Below are positions 27,450-38,386 of a stretch of 64,000 bases of DNA, piece after piece (position 1 is the stretch's first letter; each line of letters begins with the position of its first letter). Source of the DNA: a virus. The stretch is from the IMG/VR virus record IMGVR_UViG_3300017917_003388, positions 64,001 to 128,000 of that record. One strand, given 5' to 3'. The notes beneath the pieces were generated by a model. It searched no databases. It had not been told where the DNA came from and saw nothing but the letters and a program-made list of their open reading frames with translations. A program made the translations under genes and the position numbers.

Positions 27450-29549
27450 TTAAACTGGAAATGTTGCACCTGTTGGTGTAATATTAAAATCTAAATAAAC
27501 GAATTCAGCTGTTTTAGTAGGTTGTAAATATATTTGACCTACTAATTCTTGTCTATCTATTAAATCAGGAGTATTATTTGTATCATTCATTATTACTTTA
27601 AAAGCATATAATCCTTGACGTTGTTGAATACTAGTTAAATACGGATTTACTTGACTTAAGAAACTATTTCTTGTAGCTGTTGTATTTTGTTCAAATGTCA
27701 AATTAAGAGCAATTTGAGAAATATATGATTTAAGATCAATTAATAAACGACGAACATTTACTCTATCTAAAGCAGATGCTTTCAATTGTAGTGTTTTCTG
27801 ACCATAAACTACTATACCAGTTCCTGGAAATGTTGCTATTGGGTTTACTTTAGCAGAATATAGATCATTACGATTACCTTGGGATAATTTTTTTTCTGCT
27901 CTAATTACACCTGATAAACCACCTCTATTAATACCAGCAGGAGCAAACCAAGGTTCAGCTACATTATCGTTATATGCATAAACTCCACCAATCATTGTTG
28001 AAGCTGGAACCCAAACATATTCTCCAGTTGATGGTTCAACTACTTGTAACCAAGGCCAGTACATAGCAGCATATGATGTATCTTTTGTCCCAGCCTCAGT
28101 ACTTACTTGAGATATATTTGAATTAAATGCAACTGGATCAGGAATATATATAAAATCTCCTCTATCTTGAGCTACAGTAACTAAACTATTTATAGGACTA
28201 GAATAATCAGTATTATATAAACCTGGTGTTAATAATACTTTAAATTTATAATCATCAGTATTTGACAATAAATTAATCATATTAGTATAATCAGATCCTA
28301 CTAATCCCTGAGTATTTGTTGAGTTAATGTTTTGGTAAAAATTCACACCTCCTGGGATACTACCTATAGCTCCACCAAATGTTCCAGATGCATTTACTGG
28401 AATTGAAGCTGTGTATTGAGGTTTAAAATTTCCTGCATTATCAAAGAAGTTAGGTGTAGTATAATTAACTTGTTTAATTCTAACATAATTCGAACGATTA
28501 GGGAAAGAACCAGTATATATTAGTTGATTATTTAATGAATCATATTGTTCTTTAAAATCACCTATTACTCTAGAAATATAATTAGGACTATTAGGGTCTA
28601 ATGTTAAATTAGTCCATGTTTCTAATACAACGGGTTGGTTTGTATTATCATTTCCTCTTCTAATTAACAAATCAAATGTTCCTGATGATGATCTAGCATT
28701 TATTATTTGCCATCTCAAATTATCAGCTGAACCACTTGCTAAGCTTCCTCCTGCAGATTCAACACTTGTGCTGTTCATAATTATACCTTCAGAAAATGTT
28801 TCTAAAACAAATGCTTCTGAACCTATATTTGATGTTGCTCCACCAAAAGTAGCAACTAAAGTTCCACTATCTCCTACATAATCTATAGTATTAAGAGTAG
28901 CACCATTCACTGTTAAATCTCCAGCTGAACCAGATAATATTAATTTACTACCGCTATAACTAGCACTTACATATTGAGATAATTCAGACCAACCATTAAT
29001 AGCTTGAGAAGCTGATGCTACCCAATTTGAACCAGTATTAAAATATCCATAATCAAAAGCATCAGCATAAAATGTGGTCCCACCATATCCATTTAAGTAC
29101 CATGTATTGGTTCCAATGGTAAGAGAGAATCCTTTAAATGCTGAGCCCGTATCTGAAGCTGTGAAAGTATATGAAGCTGTAGCTGGATTCCCATTTATTG
29201 AAGATATATCATTATTTATAGCTGAACTAGATGCTGGACTATACGATGTTCCTGAACCTGAGACTACTCGAGTTACTAGTAAAGATTTACCTCCATTTGA
29301 AAAATAATTAAAAGCAGCTATAGATGTAAAATATGTATAATTTTTTTTATCGTTTGTGCTTCCACTTTCCAATGTTGTACCAAATATATTTTGGTATTGA
29401 TTCCATGTTGTTACTATTGTTGGAATTTCAACTGGACCCTTAACTGTGGGACCTATAATTGCAGTTCCAACAACAACTGGTCTTTTTTGAACAAAAGATG
29501 AATCATTTTCTCTTGCTAAGACTCCTGGTGAAATAAGTACTTCTGCCAT
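27450..29549 (-). CDS. tail sheath protein (gp18-like)
   Basis: SPGVLARE, YWPW, PWFAPAG.NRG, VNPI, GQKTLQ...DRVNVRRLL. Confidence 0.95.
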   Translation of the reverse strand: MAEVLISPGVLARENDSSFVQKRPVVVGTAIIGPTVKGPVEIPTIVTTWNQYQNIFGTTLESGSTNDKKNYTYFTSIAAFNYFSNGGKSLLVTRVVSGSGTSYSPASSSAINNDISSINGNPATASYTFTASDTGSAFKGFSLTIGTNTWYLNGYGGTTFYADAFDYGYFNTGSNWVASASQAINGWSELSQYVSASYSGSKLILSGSAGDLTVNGATLNTIDYVGDSGTLVATFGGATSNIGSEAFVLETFSEGIIMNSTSVESAGGSLASGSADNLRWQIINARSSSGTFDLLIRRGNDNTNQPVVLETWTNLTLDPNSPNYISRVIGDFKEQYDSLNNQLIYTGSFPNRSNYVRIKQVNYTTPNFFDNAGNFKPQYTASIPVNASGTFGGAIGSIPGGVNFYQNINSTNTQGLVGSDYTNMINLLSNTDDYKFKVLLTPGLYNTDYSSPINSLVTVAQDRGDFIYIPDPVAFNSNISQVSTEAGTKDTSYAAMYWPWLQVVEPSTGEYVWVPASTMIGGVYAYNDNVAEPWFAPAGINRGGLSGVIRAEKKLSQGNRNDLYSAKVNPIATFPGTGIVVYGQKTLQLKASALDRVNVRRLLIDLKSYISQIALNLTFEQNTTATRNSFLSQVNPYLTSIQQRQGLYAFKVIMNDTNNTPDLIDRQELVGQIYLQPTKTAEFVYLDFNITPTGATFPV

Positions 29550-29605
29550 ATTTATTTTTTATAATTGATTAATTTTATTATAAATATGAAAGAATTATTC
29601 AAAAT

Positions 29606-29857
29606 TTATTGCTTAATGAATTCTCCCTTTTCGATATTTATGGTTCCATCTCCATATTTTTGTTGAAGTTGAGAAGCTACATTATTTTCATATGTATTGA
29701 ATTCATCTAATTTAGATATTAAATAATTTTTTTGCTTATTTAATTCTTGAAGTTTAAATTCTATTATACCAAATTGTTCAATTAATTGTAATCTGGTTTC
29801 TTGAATTGTTTTTAATGATGATATTTCATCTTCAGTTAAAGAAATAACTTGTTGCAT
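29606..29857 (-). CDS. small coiled-coil hypothetical protein
   Basis: 83 aa; C-terminal LQQKYGDGTINIEKGEF. Confidence 0.7.
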   Translation of the reverse strand: MQQVISLTEDEISSLKTIQETRLQLIEQFGIIEFKLQELNKQKNYLISKLDEFNTYENNVASQLQQKYGDGTINIEKGEFIKQ

Positions 29858-29877
29858 AATTTTATTTGTTTTATTAT

Positions 29878-30720
29878 TTATTGTTCAGATATTGATATTC
29901 TAGATATTCCTGGAATTTGGTGAGGTATTGTGATATCACGTTGGATGATATCTGGTATAATATATCCATTTAATTTTATAGAAAATGTACTACTTACTAC
30001 ACGTTCTTCATTATCTGATAATTCATTTTTTATAGCAAACGAATCTATCATTGCTCTAAATTGAAATCGAGATGGATCTCCCCAATATGAATCAGAAGCA
30101 TATTCTATTGCTTCTATTATTTTATTCATTTGATCCATATAATATGTGTTTATTGAACAACTATATGTTAATGTTATGTAATCAGGGATAACAACTATGT
30201 AATTTTGAAATTGAGGTTTTATATTGTTAAGCACATCAAAATTATCATATGTATTTTTTATACTATATTTTTGTTGATATAAAGCTATATTATTTGGATT
30301 ATTTGCATCTAATTTATTAGCTATAGTTCTTACTTTTTCTATATTATCTCTTTTAAACATAATGATCGGCATCATTATTCTTCCTTGAGCATCTCGTATA
30401 TAACCATATTTTTGAAATGAAGCCCATTTTTCTGGGGAACCATATATTACTGGTACATTTATTATATCTCCATTTTGGTTTATAGTAGGTTTTATAACAT
30501 TAATGAAATAATACATTATTGACTCATCAATATCTTGAATTCCTATATGAAATGGTTTAGTAGAATCATTTTTTGATGAAATTTGATCTGCTCTATTATT
30601 AGTTTCTAAGTTGTTAGGATTACCAACAGGTTGAAAACCAGGTCCATTTTGATCATATGGTAATTGTCTTGATATACTTATATCTCTTTGAGATTTAGGT
30701 GTTGGTTTTTTATTAGGCAT
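29878..30720 (-). CDS. tail terminator / sheath stabiliser (gp15-like)
   Basis: VPVIYGSPEKW, PDYITLTY; position between neck and sheath genes. Confidence 0.7.
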   Translation of the reverse strand: MPNKKPTPKSQRDISISRQLPYDQNGPGFQPVGNPNNLETNNRADQISSKNDSTKPFHIGIQDIDESIMYYFINVIKPTINQNGDIINVPVIYGSPEKWASFQKYGYIRDAQGRIMMPIIMFKRDNIEKVRTIANKLDANNPNNIALYQQKYSIKNTYDNFDVLNNIKPQFQNYIVVIPDYITLTYSCSINTYYMDQMNKIIEAIEYASDSYWGDPSRFQFRAMIDSFAIKNELSDNEERVVSSTFSIKLNGYIIPDIIQRDITIPHQIPGISRISISEQ

Positions 30721-30734
30721 GATTTTTGATATAA

Positions 30735-31250
30735 TTAAATAAGACGAGTAGGTTGTAAGTTAATACGATCACCAGGAACATAATGACATTCACATATTAT
30801 AGAAACATTATATCCAAACTTTTCTAATCCAGGATTAAGAGGATTTACATTATAAGGATAATCTGGGTCTTTACCAGCAAAAAATTGAGTTGAATTAGTA
30901 TTATCTACTTCCCAATATCCTTCTTGATATAATATAATATCTCCTATTTCAGGATGCAAATTAGCTTCAACTAAATCATCTCTTAAAAAAGCAAAAGTTA
31001 CAGGCCAATCAAAATTAACTCCAATATCACTAGTAGGACTAGTATTATCTCCAACTGTAATCAAAGCATTTAATATAACTGGGGGGTCAAAAGTGCGATT
31101 TTTAGATGCTTCCCCATACATATTAATTTTGGTTTCTTTTAAATTATATTTATAATATACACATTGTTGGGATATTATATTTCCCATCAATTCACGATTT
31201 AGTTTTCTTATAAAAGAAACATCTCTATTAGATCCAAATAAAGCACACAT
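30735..31250 (-). CDS. neck protein (gp14-like head closure)
   Basis: NMYGE, PEIGDII; follows the gp13-like gene. Confidence 0.7.
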   Translation of the reverse strand: MCALFGSNRDVSFIRKLNRELMGNIISQQCVYYKYNLKETKINMYGEASKNRTFDPPVILNALITVGDNTSPTSDIGVNFDWPVTFAFLRDDLVEANLHPEIGDIILYQEGYWEVDNTNSTQFFAGKDPDYPYNVNPLNPGLEKFGYNVSIICECHYVPGDRINLQPTRLI

Positions 31251-31253
31251 TTT

Positions 31254-32390
31254 TTATCCTATATATATTACTAGTGGAGTTTTATTTAATTCCTGCATTG
31301 ATGCATCACTTTCAGCTTTTTTTCTTTCTAATAAAGATTGACGAGATGTATCGTCTAAATATGTTCTTAATCTTTCAATTAATTTATTTTTATCATCAGT
31401 TGCTGATGTTATCAGATCATTTGAATTTAATGATATCTCTCTATTAGGAATAGGAATTGTATTTTGATATTTCCCTCGTATGTATCCTAACATTTCTTTA
31501 CATAAAGCTAAAGTATATTCAAATATCCATTGTCTTCCTATAGAATTTATTTGAGAGTATACAGGATTGGTAAAATTAACATTAGATGGATTAGTTACAG
31601 ATCCGGGAGTTTGAATTATGCTATCTCTAAATCTTTCTTCTAGTGATATATATTGAAACCATATATTGTGGTTATCTTCGGTTGGTATTGGGAATATTCT
31701 TAATTTATTATTTATTAATTCAAATGAATACCCAGATAATGCTACTTGTTCTTGCATTTCTATAGCTTGAGCTGTTTGCATTATTAAACTAGTTGGGTAC
31801 ATTAAAAAACCAGACGCACCAAATAAGCCATATGTTCCTACAGATGGTACCCCACCTAATCCAGAAAACATATTAACATTATATACTTGATTAACAGCAG
31901 GTACGGGTTCATAAAATACTCTTTTAATTTCTATACCCCCTGTTATATTATTATCTAAAGCCCATTGGTTTAAATCATAATCTTGAATAGAAGCTGTAGT
32001 TGGAATTGAACCACTATACCATGTAATATTCCCTCCTACTCCTGCCTCCGAACCGTATTGTTGGGATATTCTAATTATATTAGCCATAGATGGAATAGTA
32101 ATGGCATGATTTAAATTAGATGAAGTTGGAGATCCTATTACATTTAATAAGTTATCTCTAACTTGAAAAGCATATAATTCATTACCATAGGTAGTTACAG
32201 CCATTTCAAATGCAGAATAAAAATTTACATCTTGTAATTCAACATCCATTATGGGGTAACCCAATCTATATGCACAAAACTTAGTTACTCTATCTGCATC
32301 TATTTGGAATTGATAATCATTATCATAAAATCCAAATGGGGTATTACCTGGAAAAAATGATGAACTACCTGGATAATATTCTATATTCAT
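31254..32390 (-). CDS. neck protein (gp13-like head-tail adaptor)
   Basis: RLGYPIMDVEL, WIFEYTLALCKEMLG..RGKY. Confidence 0.85.
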   Translation of the reverse strand: MNIEYYPGSSSFFPGNTPFGFYDNDYQFQIDADRVTKFCAYRLGYPIMDVELQDVNFYSAFEMAVTTYGNELYAFQVRDNLLNVIGSPTSSNLNHAITIPSMANIIRISQQYGSEAGVGGNITWYSGSIPTTASIQDYDLNQWALDNNITGGIEIKRVFYEPVPAVNQVYNVNMFSGLGGVPSVGTYGLFGASGFLMYPTSLIMQTAQAIEMQEQVALSGYSFELINNKLRIFPIPTEDNHNIWFQYISLEERFRDSIIQTPGSVTNPSNVNFTNPVYSQINSIGRQWIFEYTLALCKEMLGYIRGKYQNTIPIPNREISLNSNDLITSATDDKNKLIERLRTYLDDTSRQSLLERKKAESDASMQELNKTPLVIYIG

Positions 32391-32413
32391 TGTGTGTTTT
32401 ATTTATAAATATT

Positions 32414-32584
32414 TCAATTCTGAGTATTTTTGGGTTTAAAATTATTTATATCAAATACACCTGGTGTTTCTGGTATATAATCATAAATTTCTGGGGAGTA
32501 ATCATTTGGTGCATCAAAAGTATTATTACCAAAAACAGCTATACCCCAAGCAACTACAATATCATCTATAATTTGAACTCTCAT
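32414..32584 (-). CDS. 56-aa protein downstream of the fibre, possible fibre chaperone (not in ORF track)
   Basis: MRVQIIDDIVVAWGIAVFGNNTFDAPNDYSPEIYDYIPETPGVFDINNFKPKNTQN*. Confidence 0.6.
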   Translation of the reverse strand: MRVQIIDDIVVAWGIAVFGNNTFDAPNDYSPEIYDYIPETPGVFDINNFKPKNTQN

Positions 32585-32609
32585 AATAATTATTTTGATT
32601 TAAAAAAAA

Positions 32610-35600
32610 TTAACTATACTTAATTCTAATAGCTTGCCCAATAGTACCAGCCGAAAAACCAACTACATATATTTCTTTATTTATAACATCAATAGATAAA
32701 GCACCAGCTACCGAACTACCACCACCAACTAATCCTGTTAAGCTAGTAATAAGTGGTACTACAGAACCTAATTGATAAATTTTAACACCAACTGGTCCAC
32801 TACCAGCAGAAGCATTAGTAATAATACAAGAAAATAAATACCTATTAATCTCATCTATACCAATGCTTATAACGTTATAAGCTTGGTATATTATACTATC
32901 AAGTGAAAATGTTGTTGATGAAGCGATAGATAAACATACTATAGAATTATTACTTTGAGATGCTATATAATATTTATCTAGAATTTGACTATATAAACAT
33001 ATTGCACCTGTATTTATTGCACTAGATGGATTTACTATAGTTGTAGTTACTGAATCAGTTGTTGGATCAACAATAAAAACACCAGCATTTGCTGATACTA
33101 TTATTCTACCATTTTGTAAACTAGAAGAATTTTGATTCCAAGCCATCCCATGTGGGAATGAAGGAATGTTTGTTGTTATATTTCCAGTTACTGTTCCGTT
33201 ACTAGGATTAATTATCATAATTCTACCAGATCCAGCATTGATAGTTATATATATTTTTGTTGAACTAAGTTCTAAAATATCAACCCCATTTGCTGTTACT
33301 CCAACTGTTATTGATGAATTTAAACTATTTGATGAATTTATTCTAAAAATAGAAGCTGTTGACGTACTTGTTACATAAACTTCATTAGTAGAAACAATAT
33401 ATTTCATTTTATTTGCACCAGCAATAGAAACAGTAGCTAATAATTGCCCTGTTGATATATCGATAACAGACACAGTATTAGCTGCATTATTAGCAATATA
33501 TAATTTACCTGTTGAAGGAACGTATTCAATATTTCTTGTACCAGTACTACCAAGATAACTTTCTTTAATAAATGTAGTAACAGGTATAATATTATTACTT
33601 ATTGCTGATGAAGCAGTATAAGCAAATGTTCCAGATGATGTATTATATGTTACAACATGTCCTGTTCCTCCATTTTGAGTAAAACCAGAACCAGATACAG
33701 TTAACGAACCTGTTATTATTTGATTACCGTTAAATCTATTAGATCCAGTTGTTGCTAATGATGATGATCTTGATGTAAATATAGGATCTACTTCATTATA
33801 AAATGATGCAGTTTGGGTAAAACTTGAACTTAAAGCATATGATGAACTTAAGGTATATGAACTTGATAAAGCATAACTTGAAGATAAAGAATATGAACTA
33901 CTTAATGATTGAGAAGCATAACTTGCACTTAATATACTATTTGAACCAAATGGTCCATAAACATTAGATGCTGTTATATATGAAGCAGTTGCAGCATTAG
34001 TTGCCCAAGAAGCAGTACCAATTAATTCTCCGGTAAATGAACCAGTAAAAGAACCAGTATTACTTAGAAATTGATCTATTCTATTTACTGTTAAAATAAT
34101 TGATGGTATTCCGGGATGTTGGGGTGAGATTGATTCAGCTAGTAATCTTAAACTAGTATCATTAGAACGCCATATTATTTGATAATAATCATTAGCTGCT
34201 GAATTTACAAACCAATTCCAAGCTGCTACTACTTTTGAATTATTTGTTGGTAAAGTTAAAGTAGTAGCTGTATTATCTAAATCAATTCCATTTTTTCTTA
34301 ACCAAATAACAACATCATCTGATCCACCATCAGTTTTATCTATTTGTGCTGAAAATTGTATGTTATATATTCCAGCATTTTGGATTTTTATATATGTGTT
34401 AAAAGGGGATGTTGATCCTGATATTGATACCCCATTTGTAATATATGTCGTATTAAAAGACATGGAATTTGGTATATTACTTACAGGATTGGTTTGTGTA
34501 GTTGTATCATAAAAACTACCATATGAACCAGTAGCTGTATTAAATCCACCTTCTCCTCCGGTCGAACTAATTGTTACTTGACCTAAACCATTTATTGGTG
34601 ATAATAATATATTAGGACCAGCTAATATTTGAGTTACCCCACCATTTAAAGCGTATGAAGATGTATTTGAAAAGGAACTACTTAAAGCATAACTACTACT
34701 TAAACTATAACTTGAGCTTTCTACATATGATGATGATACAGCATATGAAGAACTAACGGTATAAGAACTAGTCAATGATTGAAAAGCCCAAGAAGATGTT
34801 CCTATTAATTCACCAATAAACGAACCTGTAAAACTACCGGTATTATATGATGAGGTAAATGAATTAAATGAAGATGTAGTTACAAATGAACCAGTGTCTA
34901 TTATACTTCCACTCCCAGAAATTGTTAAATTTATACTAAATTGACTTCCATCTCCTTTTAAAAATGTAATTTGGTTTTGATTGGATGATGCTGTTACTAA
35001 AGCATTTGGATTATATGATGAACTTAAAGCATAACTACTTGACTCAACAAATGAAGCAGTTAATGAATTATTAGCCCAAGAAGCAGTACCAAATAAATCC
35101 CCATTAAAACTACCAGTGAATGAACCAGTATTATAAGATGCAGTAAATAAATTAAATGAAGATGTTATTAAATTTAATGATTCTGATAGATTATTTATAC
35201 TAGCTGTTATAACGTTTAATTCGGATTTACTAGCATATATATTGCTTAATGATGAACTAAAATTTTCATATGAACCAGTAAATGAATTAAATGAAGATGT
35301 AGTTACAAATGAACCTGTATCAAATGTAGAACCAGTATCTACTGTTATACTAAATTGACTTCCATCACCTTTTGTAAAGAGTATATTATTTTGATTTGAA
35401 GATGCAGTTACTAATAAACTACCAGTATCAAATGATGAACCACTTGAACTAGCACTTATGATTAAATCAAATGTCGAACCATCTCCCTTTACAAATGTTA
35501 TTATATTAGATAAAATAGATCCTGTTATTATAGCATTCGGTGTATATGAAGCTGTATCTGCAATACCTAATAAACTACCACTAAAACTACCAGTGAATGA

Positions 35601-35852
35601 ACCAGTATTATACGATGCAGTAAATGAATTAAAAGAAGATGTAGTTACAAATGAACCAGTGTCTATTATAGTACCTTCCCCTCGTGGACCTATAGGTCCT
35701 GTTAAAATTTGAACTACAGAAGTTAATGGTTGGGTAACATCAACAGTAGTACAACATTTATTATCAATAATAGTAATAGTTTTATTTACATCTACTAATA
35801 TTACTTGATTATTATCAGGAATAATCTGAGTTGGGCCTATACAATTTGACAT
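32610..35852 (-). CDS. Ser/Thr-rich fibre/adhesin with repeat shaft and C-terminal YVTN-like beta-propeller
   Basis: repeats TGSFVTTSSFNSFT, TGSFTGSF, SSSYAL; central BclA-C-like segment (AGIYNIQFSAQ); LYIANNAANTVSVID blades. Confidence 0.7.
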   Translation of the reverse strand: MSNCIGPTQIIPDNNQVILVDVNKTITIIDNKCCTTVDVTQPLTSVVQILTGPIGPRGEGTIIDTGSFVTTSSFNSFTASYNTGSFTGSFSGSLLGIADTASYTPNAIITGSILSNIITFVKGDGSTFDLIISASSSGSSFDTGSLLVTASSNQNNILFTKGDGSQFSITVDTGSTFDTGSFVTTSSFNSFTGSYENFSSSLSNIYASKSELNVITASINNLSESLNLITSSFNLFTASYNTGSFTGSFNGDLFGTASWANNSLTASFVESSSYALSSSYNPNALVTASSNQNQITFLKGDGSQFSINLTISGSGSIIDTGSFVTTSSFNSFTSSYNTGSFTGSFIGELIGTSSWAFQSLTSSYTVSSSYAVSSSYVESSSYSLSSSYALSSSFSNTSSYALNGGVTQILAGPNILLSPINGLGQVTISSTGGEGGFNTATGSYGSFYDTTTQTNPVSNIPNSMSFNTTYITNGVSISGSTSPFNTYIKIQNAGIYNIQFSAQIDKTDGGSDDVVIWLRKNGIDLDNTATTLTLPTNNSKVVAAWNWFVNSAANDYYQIIWRSNDTSLRLLAESISPQHPGIPSIILTVNRIDQFLSNTGSFTGSFTGELIGTASWATNAATASYITASNVYGPFGSNSILSASYASQSLSSSYSLSSSYALSSSYTLSSSYALSSSFTQTASFYNEVDPIFTSRSSSLATTGSNRFNGNQIITGSLTVSGSGFTQNGGTGHVVTYNTSSGTFAYTASSAISNNIIPVTTFIKESYLGSTGTRNIEYVPSTGKLYIANNAANTVSVIDISTGQLLATVSIAGANKMKYIVSTNEVYVTSTSTASIFRINSSNSLNSSITVGVTANGVDILELSSTKIYITINAGSGRIMIINPSNGTVTGNITTNIPSFPHGMAWNQNSSSLQNGRIIVSANAGVFIVDPTTDSVTTTIVNPSSAINTGAICLYSQILDKYYIASQSNNSIVCLSIASSTTFSLDSIIYQAYNVISIGIDEINRYLFSCIITNASAGSGPVGVKIYQLGSVVPLITSLTGLVGGGSSVAGALSIDVINKEIYVVGFSAGTIGQAIRIKYS
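33780..35665 (-). repeat. imperfect intragenic repeats of the fibre shaft
   Basis: three copies of DTGSFVTTSSFNSFT with near-identical DNA (about 34850, 35280, 35620), repeated F.KGDGS.F units and 18-nt SSSYAL tandem arrays. Confidence 0.8.
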
Positions 35853-36232
35853 TATAATGTGACATTAGGGGATAATTTAACTTGACCTTCTAAAATTCTA
35901 GACACAAAACTACCAGATGAAATTTCTAAATCATATACTCCTGTATCAAAATCTAAAGCAGAAGAAGATACAGCTGATATATATATTCCTATTGAACCCG
36001 AAGTAGGTGGGGTAGTTCCATTTGAACCACTAAAATTAATTCCCGTTCCATCACTATCTAATGAACTACTCAAAGTAATATATACATCAGGAGAACCTAC
36101 GGATGGTCTAATTTGCATTTTACCACTATATCCTGTTAAATCTATAGGATTTGAATTTGAATCTTTATATTGGAGTTCTAAATTAAATGTTGCTCCTTGT
36201 TCTATAACAAATGAATATCTACCTGCTGACAT
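35852..36232 (-). CDS. virion structural protein (Ig-like fibre-attachment type)
   Basis: IEQGATF..., PIDLTGYSGKMQIR, GVYDLEI...RILEGQV. Confidence 0.6.
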   Translation of the reverse strand: MSAGRYSFVIEQGATFNLELQYKDSNSNPIDLTGYSGKMQIRPSVGSPDVYITLSSSLDSDGTGINFSGSNGTTPPTSGSIGIYISAVSSSALDFDTGVYDLEISSGSFVSRILEGQVKLSPNVTL

Positions 36233-36236
36233 ATTT

Positions 36237-36920
36237 TTAGTCTCTAAATTCTTCGTATGTTTTTAAAATTTCTTCTACTATTTCATGACGATGGTTTTTC
36301 TTTAATGTAATTATTCTTACACCTTTGATTCTTTCTTCAAGACGAGGAAAAAATCCAATACCACTATCTTTTTTACCTTTGGGTAAATCTACTTGTGACA
36401 TATCTCCACAAAATACTATTTTACCACCTTTCCCTAAACGACCTAACATCATTTCAGTTTGACTATGGGTAATATTTTGACATTCATCAACTATAACAAA
36501 AGCATTAGGAAATGTTCTACCACGCATAAATGCAAATGGTACTATTTCAATTTGATTTTCCAACACCATTTTATCTATTTTTTCTTTATCATATAACATA
36601 TATAAATTAGCATATATGGGTGCTAACCAAGGATCCATTTTTTCTTTCAAATCACCAGGTAAAAATCCAATTTCTTCTTTAGATACAGTTGGACGTGTGA
36701 TTATTATTTTATCCATCTCTTTTTTAAATACTAAATCTAAAGCAATTTGACATGCAAGTAAAGTTTTTCCACTACCAGCCATTCCTTTAACTAAAGTTAC
36801 TGGATTGTCTAATATTATTTGCTTTGCATCTTTTTGCTCATCATTAAGAGATAATTTGAATTTAATGTCACCTTTGGGCTTTCTCTTTTCTTTAAAAATA
36901 TCTTCGTTATTAATAGACAT
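36237..36920 (-). CDS. phoH: PhoH-like ATPase
   Basis: GMAGSGKT, ITRP, GFLPG, FMRGRTF, DECQN, GDMSQVD. Confidence 0.95.
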   Translation of the reverse strand: MSINNEDIFKEKRKPKGDIKFKLSLNDEQKDAKQIILDNPVTLVKGMAGSGKTLLACQIALDLVFKKEMDKIIITRPTVSKEEIGFLPGDLKEKMDPWLAPIYANLYMLYDKEKIDKMVLENQIEIVPFAFMRGRTFPNAFVIVDECQNITHSQTEMMLGRLGKGGKIVFCGDMSQVDLPKGKKDSGIGFFPRLEERIKGVRIITLKKNHRHEIVEEILKTYEEFRD

Positions 36921-36966
36921 AGTTGAATTGTTTTATTATAAATATTATAAATAAAAGGAAAATATT

Positions 36967-38310
36967 TTATTTATTCCATTCAAATTTTAAATTACCAGTA
37001 TTCCAAACTCTATAATACCCTTTATTTAACATTATTTCATATTCAGTTAATAATTTGTTTTCTCCTTGACTGACTAATATATCTTTTCTAAAATTAAATC
37101 TATTATATTTTATTTTAGATTTAAACCAATTATATCCTGGTGGAGTGGGTTTTAATTGAGTCATATTTAATTGATTATATAATTTACCATCACTCCAATC
37201 CCTATTAGCAAATGAAATTATTTTGTATGGGTTATATTTATTTATAAAATGTTTAAATAATTTAGATGCACCACCAATAACATTTGTATTTAATTTATTA
37301 CAAAATCTAATTAATTCATAATGTCCTTCTATATGAGTTTGTTTTAAATTTTTTCTAAGTTTACCAAAAGTCATAACTGATACTAATTCATCATCATAAT
37401 ATAACCCTAAACTATATTTACATATAGCATTACCCTGAAGATGATTTGTTTTTAAAAATAATACACTTTCTTTTTTGGTTATCTCTTTAATATTACATTT
37501 TCTGGCATATATTTTGTTTGGAGTTTTACTTAATTGGTTTATTAATATGGATTTAATAATATCATTATTGTATATCCAATCACTATCCCATATGTGAATT
37601 AATTTAATACCTAAATCATTACATTCTTTAGTTTTATTTAAATGATAATTTTTATCCTTATATAAATCTGAATGATAATATGTACCATTAAATTCTATAG
37701 CTATTTTTACATCTGGTAAATATATATCTAATTCTTTACCAGATAATATAATATTATCATTTAGAATAATGGTTTTTTTATATATATTTTTAATAAATTC
37801 TACTAGTTCTTGTTCTAGTTTAGAAACTCCTTTAAATAATCCCTTTTCGTTTTCTATTCGTTTTATAGCACTTATTCTCATTTGTTTCTTAGTTGTTTCA
37901 GAATGTATTAAATGTCCAGGTTTTACCCAATCCCAATGTCCTTTAATATATTCATTATGATATTGATTATTTTTTCCATTAGGAAGAATTTTTACATTTT
38001 CTCCACATCCACATTTACAAGTAGGAGCAACCCCATTAAGAAAATATTTTATTATATATTCTTCTTTAGATATATTTTTATGATTTTTAGTTATATGATA
38101 CATTAATTGTCTATTATTTATCATTTTTTGATTACATATTTTACATTCAAAATTAGAGTCTTGTTTTAAATAATCTTCATTTATTTTTTTAGACCTAAAT
38201 TCTCCATGTTTTTTGATATAATCTTTTGTCTTTAAACCATCATGTTTCCATTTAAAATGCATTGCTGCTTTTCTTGGAGTAATTTCTTCATTACATATTT
38301 TACATTTCAT
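36967..38310 (-). CDS. Hef-like homing endonuclease (Zn fingers, Vsr-like nuclease, C-terminal GNAT-like domain)
   Basis: CKIC repeats, CKCGC, ELDIYLP..IAIEFNGTYYHS, IYARKC...NHLQG...YELIRFC...GGASKLF. Confidence 0.75.
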   Translation of the reverse strand: MKCKICNEEITPRKAAMHFKWKHDGLKTKDYIKKHGEFRSKKINEDYLKQDSNFECKICNQKMINNRQLMYHITKNHKNISKEEYIIKYFLNGVAPTCKCGCGENVKILPNGKNNQYHNEYIKGHWDWVKPGHLIHSETTKKQMRISAIKRIENEKGLFKGVSKLEQELVEFIKNIYKKTIILNDNIILSGKELDIYLPDVKIAIEFNGTYYHSDLYKDKNYHLNKTKECNDLGIKLIHIWDSDWIYNNDIIKSILINQLSKTPNKIYARKCNIKEITKKESVLFLKTNHLQGNAICKYSLGLYYDDELVSVMTFGKLRKNLKQTHIEGHYELIRFCNKLNTNVIGGASKLFKHFINKYNPYKIISFANRDWSDGKLYNQLNMTQLKPTPPGYNWFKSKIKYNRFNFRKDILVSQGENKLLTEYEIMLNKGYYRVWNTGNLKFEWNK

Positions 38311-38349
38311 GCTAAAAATATTTTACGACCTAAATTTTATGATAAATAT

Positions 38350-38386
38350 AAAAAAAAAATGGAGAAAACCAAAGTTTTCTCCATTT
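38350..38386 (-). terminator. major capsid gene terminator with embedded TTTG-N19-TATATTTA promoter
   Basis: AUGGAGAAAAC-UUUG-GUUUUCUCCAU stem plus U10. Confidence 0.75.

Noticed and set aside
33780-35665. Repeats that might suggest a CRISPR array or DGR template/variable pair
   Set aside because: In-frame coding repeats of the fibre; no constant repeat-spacer periodicity, adenine-specific variation or reverse transcriptase seen
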